Of a DNA stretch of 64,000 nt, positions 60,366 through 64,000 are shown piece by piece. Position 1 is the stretch's first letter, and each line of letters begins with the position of its first letter. The stretch is from Candidatus Poribacteria bacterium (GTDB lineage Bacteria; Poribacteria; WGA-4E; UBA9662). The notes below the pieces were generated by a model, which made no database searches, had not been told where the DNA came from, and worked only from the letters and a program-made list of their open reading frames with translations. The DNA is taken from NCBI GenBank assembly GCA_036339735.1, contig JAYZAL010000077.1, positions 49,810-113,809 on the forward strand. Reading direction: 5' to 3'. The translations under genes were made by a program, and so were the position numbers.

Positions 60366-61217
60366 TCAGTTTAAGTCAGCTACGCATCTAAAACCTGTGT
60401 AGTTGTTTTTCATTTCTGGGTTTTGGTAATTTCTTAATGCAACTCTCAGGAAGTGTTTGAAACTCATCCAACTTCCTCCTCTAATCACTCTTCTTTCGGT
60501 TTTGGTTGATTCTGGCCCCTTAGGGTTTTCGATTTCTGAGACTAGATAATAGTTTTCATCATATAAATCTTGACACCATTCCCACACATTTCCCATTACA
60601 TCAAATAACCCATAACTATTGGGTTCAAAACTTGCCACTGGTGACGGAGTCTCCCAGATATCTGTACCACCTTTACCTTTGAAGTTTGCGTCTGTGTGTT
60701 TTAGTTCATCACCATGAGAAAATCGTTTTCCAAGTAACCCACCTCTTGCGCTATATTCCCATTCGGCTTCACTTGGTAAACGCTTGCCAGCCCATTTGGC
60801 ATAAGCTTGAGCATCAAACCAATTAACCCCGATTACTGGATCATTATTATTCGGTGTGATTTTTTCTACCCAATTGGGCAGTGGAGGGTGTTCCGTTGAT
60901 TTCAAGAATCTTTTGTATTGGCCCAAAGTTACTTCACAACTATCTATATAGAACGCATTAAGGCTAACTTTATGAGTAGGACGCGAAGTGCCCATGAATT
61001 CTTCAGGCTCTTCTAACGCATCTCCCATCTGAAAACTACCCTCTGGAATTAGTACCATTTTGGCACCGTCAATTGGCCATATGATTTCTTTTGCAGGTTC
61101 GTTATCGGCAGATTTGGTCTGGGTTTGACCTATATTCACTGGCTTAGTTGGATTTTCGCCACATCCAAAAAGTAGTACTAAGGTAAATAATAAGCCAGAA
61201 ATGAAATACTTATACAT
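60366..61217 (-). CDS. FGE-sulfatase/SUMF1-like domain lipoprotein
   Basis: LLFGC lipobox; MVLIPEGSFQMG, RLPSEAEWEY, GLFDVMGNVWEW, RGGSW, GFRC. Confidence 0.92.
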   Translation of the reverse strand: MYKYFISGLLFTLVLLFGCGENPTKPVNIGQTQTKSADNEPAKEIIWPIDGAKMVLIPEGSFQMGDALEEPEEFMGTSRPTHKVSLNAFYIDSCEVTLGQYKRFLKSTEHPPLPNWVEKITPNNNDPVIGVNWFDAQAYAKWAGKRLPSEAEWEYSARGGLLGKRFSHGDELKHTDANFKGKGGTDIWETPSPVASFEPNSYGLFDVMGNVWEWCQDLYDENYYLVSEIENPKGPESTKTERRVIRGGSWMSFKHFLRVALRNYQNPEMKNNYTGFRCVADLN

Positions 61218-61311
61218 AAAGCTAGCTAATTCCCGGGTGAATAACCGAACGAAGTCTTAATCATTTATTCACTTTCTGATTCGAAGGCTGAAAATAAAAC
61301 AATATGGTGGT

Positions 61312-61347
61312 AAAAAAGAAGGTGAGCCAGAGGAGTTGACCCACCTT
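61312..61347 (-). terminator. Intrinsic terminator
   Basis: Minus-strand stem AAGGTGGGTCA/TGGCTCACCTT with a 7-nt loop, followed by CTTTTTT. Confidence 0.7.
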
Positions 61348-61481
61348 ACAGAAGGAAGTTTTGAAGATACTACCATTATCGCCTGTTTTTACTTGTTCTT
61401 TAGCTTTAGGTACAAAAATGACGACCTGTACATTCGCCTGGATTTTTCTTCTTCACTTCCTACGTAAGTTTAATATGTCAA
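61312..61481 (-). repeat. Dispersed non-coding element, copy A
   Basis: Collinear similarity to 59602-59749; begins with TTGACA on the minus strand. Confidence 0.7.
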
Positions 61482-61548
61482 CACATCTATTCTAAGCTCT
61501 ATTTTAGGATCGTATCTTGACTTGTGGGTTTAATTAACTTAAATATGA

Positions 61549-62832
61549 TTAGTCTTTCCAATCAAGACTATCATAGACTATTCGTTCAAAAGAGGTAAAC
61601 AAGTTATACGAATTCATATCATTAAACGGTAGAATTTGTGTCATATAAATCAGAGCGAATTCATTCTCAAAATCGATAGTAAAGTAAGTATTAAAAAATC
61701 CTGCCCAATAGGCTGTGCCTTTTGGTCTAACAACTGAGTTTTCTTCGTATGCCCAAGCCAGAGTCCAGTTATCGTAACTATCGAAAAAATTGTCTTTATC
61801 CCCCCTCGGTTTCGTATCAACATCTTTGACTGCAACGTATCTATGGATTATCTTAAAATTATCAAGCTGAGGTGAATTTAGTAAATCAAAAGTACTTTCC
61901 TCTAAAATTGTTACTCCATTAAAAGCACCTTTATTTAGCATACAAGCCAAAAACCTGCCATAATCTTCGGGCGAGCTTAATAACCCACCACCCCCATTAA
62001 AATCTTCCTTAGGATTCATTTTTTGATATTCATTTTTAACAACAGTGCCATTTTCATCATCTCTATGGGAAGAAGCAACCACAAGATGTTCTAATTCATC
62101 TGGAACGTTATACCAGGTACTATCCATTTCTAATGGTCCAGAAATATGCTGTCTAAAATATGCTTCCAAATTGATGCCAGAAATTTTCTCTACTAATTTG
62201 CCAACCCAATGTAGATTCGTTCCATACATAAACGACGTACCTGATTCAAAAAGTCTGGGTCGATAGTTTTCTGTCCAGTTTATCTCAGATTTTAATTCAT
62301 CCCATTTCCCAAGTTGTGGGCTAGTAAACCAATAACCAAAACCTGCAGTGTGCGTCAGCAAATGCCGAAGAGTAATACTGTTTTGGGGTTCAATAATTTG
62401 GTTGTCTTGATTCAGAATTAACCTTTTAGACATCTCTGGTAAATGCTGGTCAAGAGGCTCGTCTAAGGTGATTTTACCTTGCTCAACTAGCTGTAACGCC
62501 GCAACTGAAGTCAGAGCTTTGGTCATTGAAGCAATTCTAAAAATATTTTTTTGACTGATAGTATCATTTCTGTCCCATCTGGAAGGCCCATTGGAATAAA
62601 AGGACATTTCACCGTTTTTACGTATTTTCCCCATCACTACAGCAGGGATATCAGTATCAGAAATTTCATTTTGGATTTTTATTTCAATTTGTTGTTCTAT
62701 TTCTACGATTTCCTGATGAGTCTCATTGAGTGCATCAGCTTGAACGGTTAGTTTATTAGTCAACAAAAAACAAAATACAATTAAAACGATTTGGTGAATC
62801 TTAGCAACTTTAAAAATTCTCAATTTCAACAT
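61549..62832 (-). CDS. Secreted serine hydrolase, beta-lactamase (class C/esterase) family
   Basis: FRIASMTK (SxxK), LLTHTAG, YG, GGGGLLS, WAGFFNTYF; signal peptide. Confidence 0.9.
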   Translation of the reverse strand: MLKLRIFKVAKIHQIVLIVFCFLLTNKLTVQADALNETHQEIVEIEQQIEIKIQNEISDTDIPAVVMGKIRKNGEMSFYSNGPSRWDRNDTISQKNIFRIASMTKALTSVAALQLVEQGKITLDEPLDQHLPEMSKRLILNQDNQIIEPQNSITLRHLLTHTAGFGYWFTSPQLGKWDELKSEINWTENYRPRLFESGTSFMYGTNLHWVGKLVEKISGINLEAYFRQHISGPLEMDSTWYNVPDELEHLVVASSHRDDENGTVVKNEYQKMNPKEDFNGGGGLLSSPEDYGRFLACMLNKGAFNGVTILEESTFDLLNSPQLDNFKIIHRYVAVKDVDTKPRGDKDNFFDSYDNWTLAWAYEENSVVRPKGTAYWAGFFNTYFTIDFENEFALIYMTQILPFNDMNSYNLFTSFERIVYDSLDWKD

Positions 62833-62974
62833 CTACTTTTTCTCCTACTAAATTTAACATCTAGTTCTCATTTTATTTTTAGCCGTAATATTTCCAGGGA
62901 ACCGTATATTCATACAAATTCATCTATCAGCCTTGAGTATGGTCCTAATTGATTTTTACTAATGGTTGATTCTA

Positions 62975-63112
62975 TTATCCCATCTCAAAGGAGCGAGCAG
63001 GAATCAGAGCCATCTCCGACCCATCTTTGTTCCAAGTAATCTTCTCTTGCCCCATCGTCAGCAACGGCAAACACAAAACCAAGCACAGTAATCTAGATAA
63101 CACTTTCATCAT
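62975..63112 (-). pseudogene. 5' fragment of an FGE/SUMF1-like gene
   Basis: MMKVLSRLLCLVLCLPLLTMGQEKITWNKDGSEMALIPARSFEMG* matches EIIWPIDGAKMVLIPEGSFQMG of 60366-61217. Confidence 0.75.
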
Positions 63113-63477
63113 AATTACCTTTTGATATAAAAACTAAAACCGCCCAGCTAGCGGAAGAGTCGGACTGAGCCTAATAAATTCATGCTGGCCTGAAGATAGC
63201 AAATTAATCCTTTTTGTACAGTATCTGCCAGTTCGATAATGTCCCATAGGGAAATTATCGGTTGTTATTGCTCCCACTGGCATAACAAACCACACCATAT
63301 TGGGCCATCACTGCTACTTTTTGAAGACTTCAACCCGAAATAAATGTCCGATAATCGTGGCAGGCTATGCCATTCAGTTAATTAGTACCTCGGGGAGGAA
63401 TACTATGGTGTTAGTTATCCTTCATATCCCCTATGCTTGTTGATTTTTTGATTCAGATGTTTAAGTTAGAGCGTTCT

Positions 63478-63999
63478 CTATTTTCTTTGATTAGGCCTAA
63501 GATTATAAATGGTAGTAACCAGTAGAGATAAACATGTGCCCACCAGCCCAAATCCCAGCAGTGTAAAAGGCATGTGCCAAGTGATAAAGTTCATGTGGGT
63601 ATGGATGTAAGAATGCCCTTTGAATATGACCATCCATGATACGGGGGCTAACAATGAGAACCAGAGGGCTATAGATAAGGCCATCAGTTTGTCTATTGAG
63701 TCTTCTAGTTGAGGTAATTTGCCCTGTTGAAATAGAAAGTGGCACAACAATACTAAACAGGAAACGAGAGCAAAAACGACAATTACCGTTTGGTACTTGA
63801 CTTTTAAGTCTGGATTGGAACTAGCTAGCATCTGATTAAAATCAAAAATATATCCATTTAAATATTTCTTGATTACCGTTATCACATCCGCTTTCAGGCT
63901 GTTAGCATAAACTTCTGGATAACTGCCAGCGTCTCCATGCGTTCTTTTACCTACCGAGTAGACAAAAATATGATGGAATCCAGCTTTCAATCCACCTTT
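63478..63999 (-). CDS. Polytopic membrane protein, 5'-truncated by the window edge; possibly GtrS/YfdI-like glucosyltransferase
   Basis: Frame open to the edge; TM helices and LAPVSWMVIFKGHSYIHTHMNFITWH motif. Family recalled from memory. Confidence 0.55.
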   Translation of the reverse strand, partial: KGGLKAGFHHIFVYSVGKRTHGDAGSYPEVYANSLKADVITVIKKYLNGYIFDFNQMLASSNPDLKVKYQTVIVVFALVSCLVLLCHFLFQQGKLPQLEDSIDKLMALSIALWFSLLAPVSWMVIFKGHSYIHTHMNFITWHMPFTLLGFGLVGTCLSLLVTTIYNLRPNQRK

Positions 64000-64000
64000 G

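Noticed and set aside
60366-61481. Diversity-generating retroelement targeting the FGE-like (C-type lectin fold) gene
   Set aside because: No reverse transcriptase and no template repeat matching the gene's 3' end were found in the window.
669-63745. Numerous short shadow ORFs (e.g. 669-875, 1368-1670, 8256-8558, 17860-18195, 28355-28765, 52060-52461, 63503-63745)
   Set aside because: They lie antisense or out of frame within well-supported genes and show no recognisable motifs.
1-64000. rRNA, tRNA or CRISPR array
   Set aside because: No cloverleaf/T-loop pattern or regularly spaced repeat-spacer array was seen by eye. Repeat B spacing is gene-sized and irregular. A tRNAscan/Infernal run would be more sensitive.

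Overview
Low-GC bacterial chromosomal window, inferred to be Candidatus Poribacteria-like from LRR/cohesin/dockerin proteins ending in 'LLxNYPNPFNPxTWIPF' C-terminal domains and from WD40, PhyH and FGE-like genes. The core (about 4.1-52.8 kb) holds ruvX-mltG-lpxC/fabZ-lpxA-lpxI, a TPP enzyme, an epimerase, a BNR/sialidase-like gene, a hybrid histidine kinase, speE, two heterodimeric ABC exporters, GT2 plus an EamA-like flippase, an IscA/ErpA carrier, cutA, purL, two large secreted modular proteins, tldD/tldE, pilD, a Tat-exported sulfite-oxidase-family enzyme and cca-S2P-trpS-scpA-scpB. Both ends are accessory and decaying. The left end (0.5-3.6 kb) looks like a cassette array: single cargo genes sit between a serine-recombinase pseudogene and a recombinase-like gene, separated by ~32-35 bp direct repeats copied from the recombinase gene ends. 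Next to it is a SelW/Rdx selenoprotein (CxxU plus SECIS-like hairpin) that the ORF track truncates. The right end (53-64 kb) has several pseudogenes (Vsr, Zn-ribbon, membrane protein, FGE fragment), long G-U-containing hairpins and a two-copy ~150-170 nt element ending in a terminator-like hairpin. No rRNA, tRNA or CRISPR array was seen. All calls come from manual reading; no searches were run.
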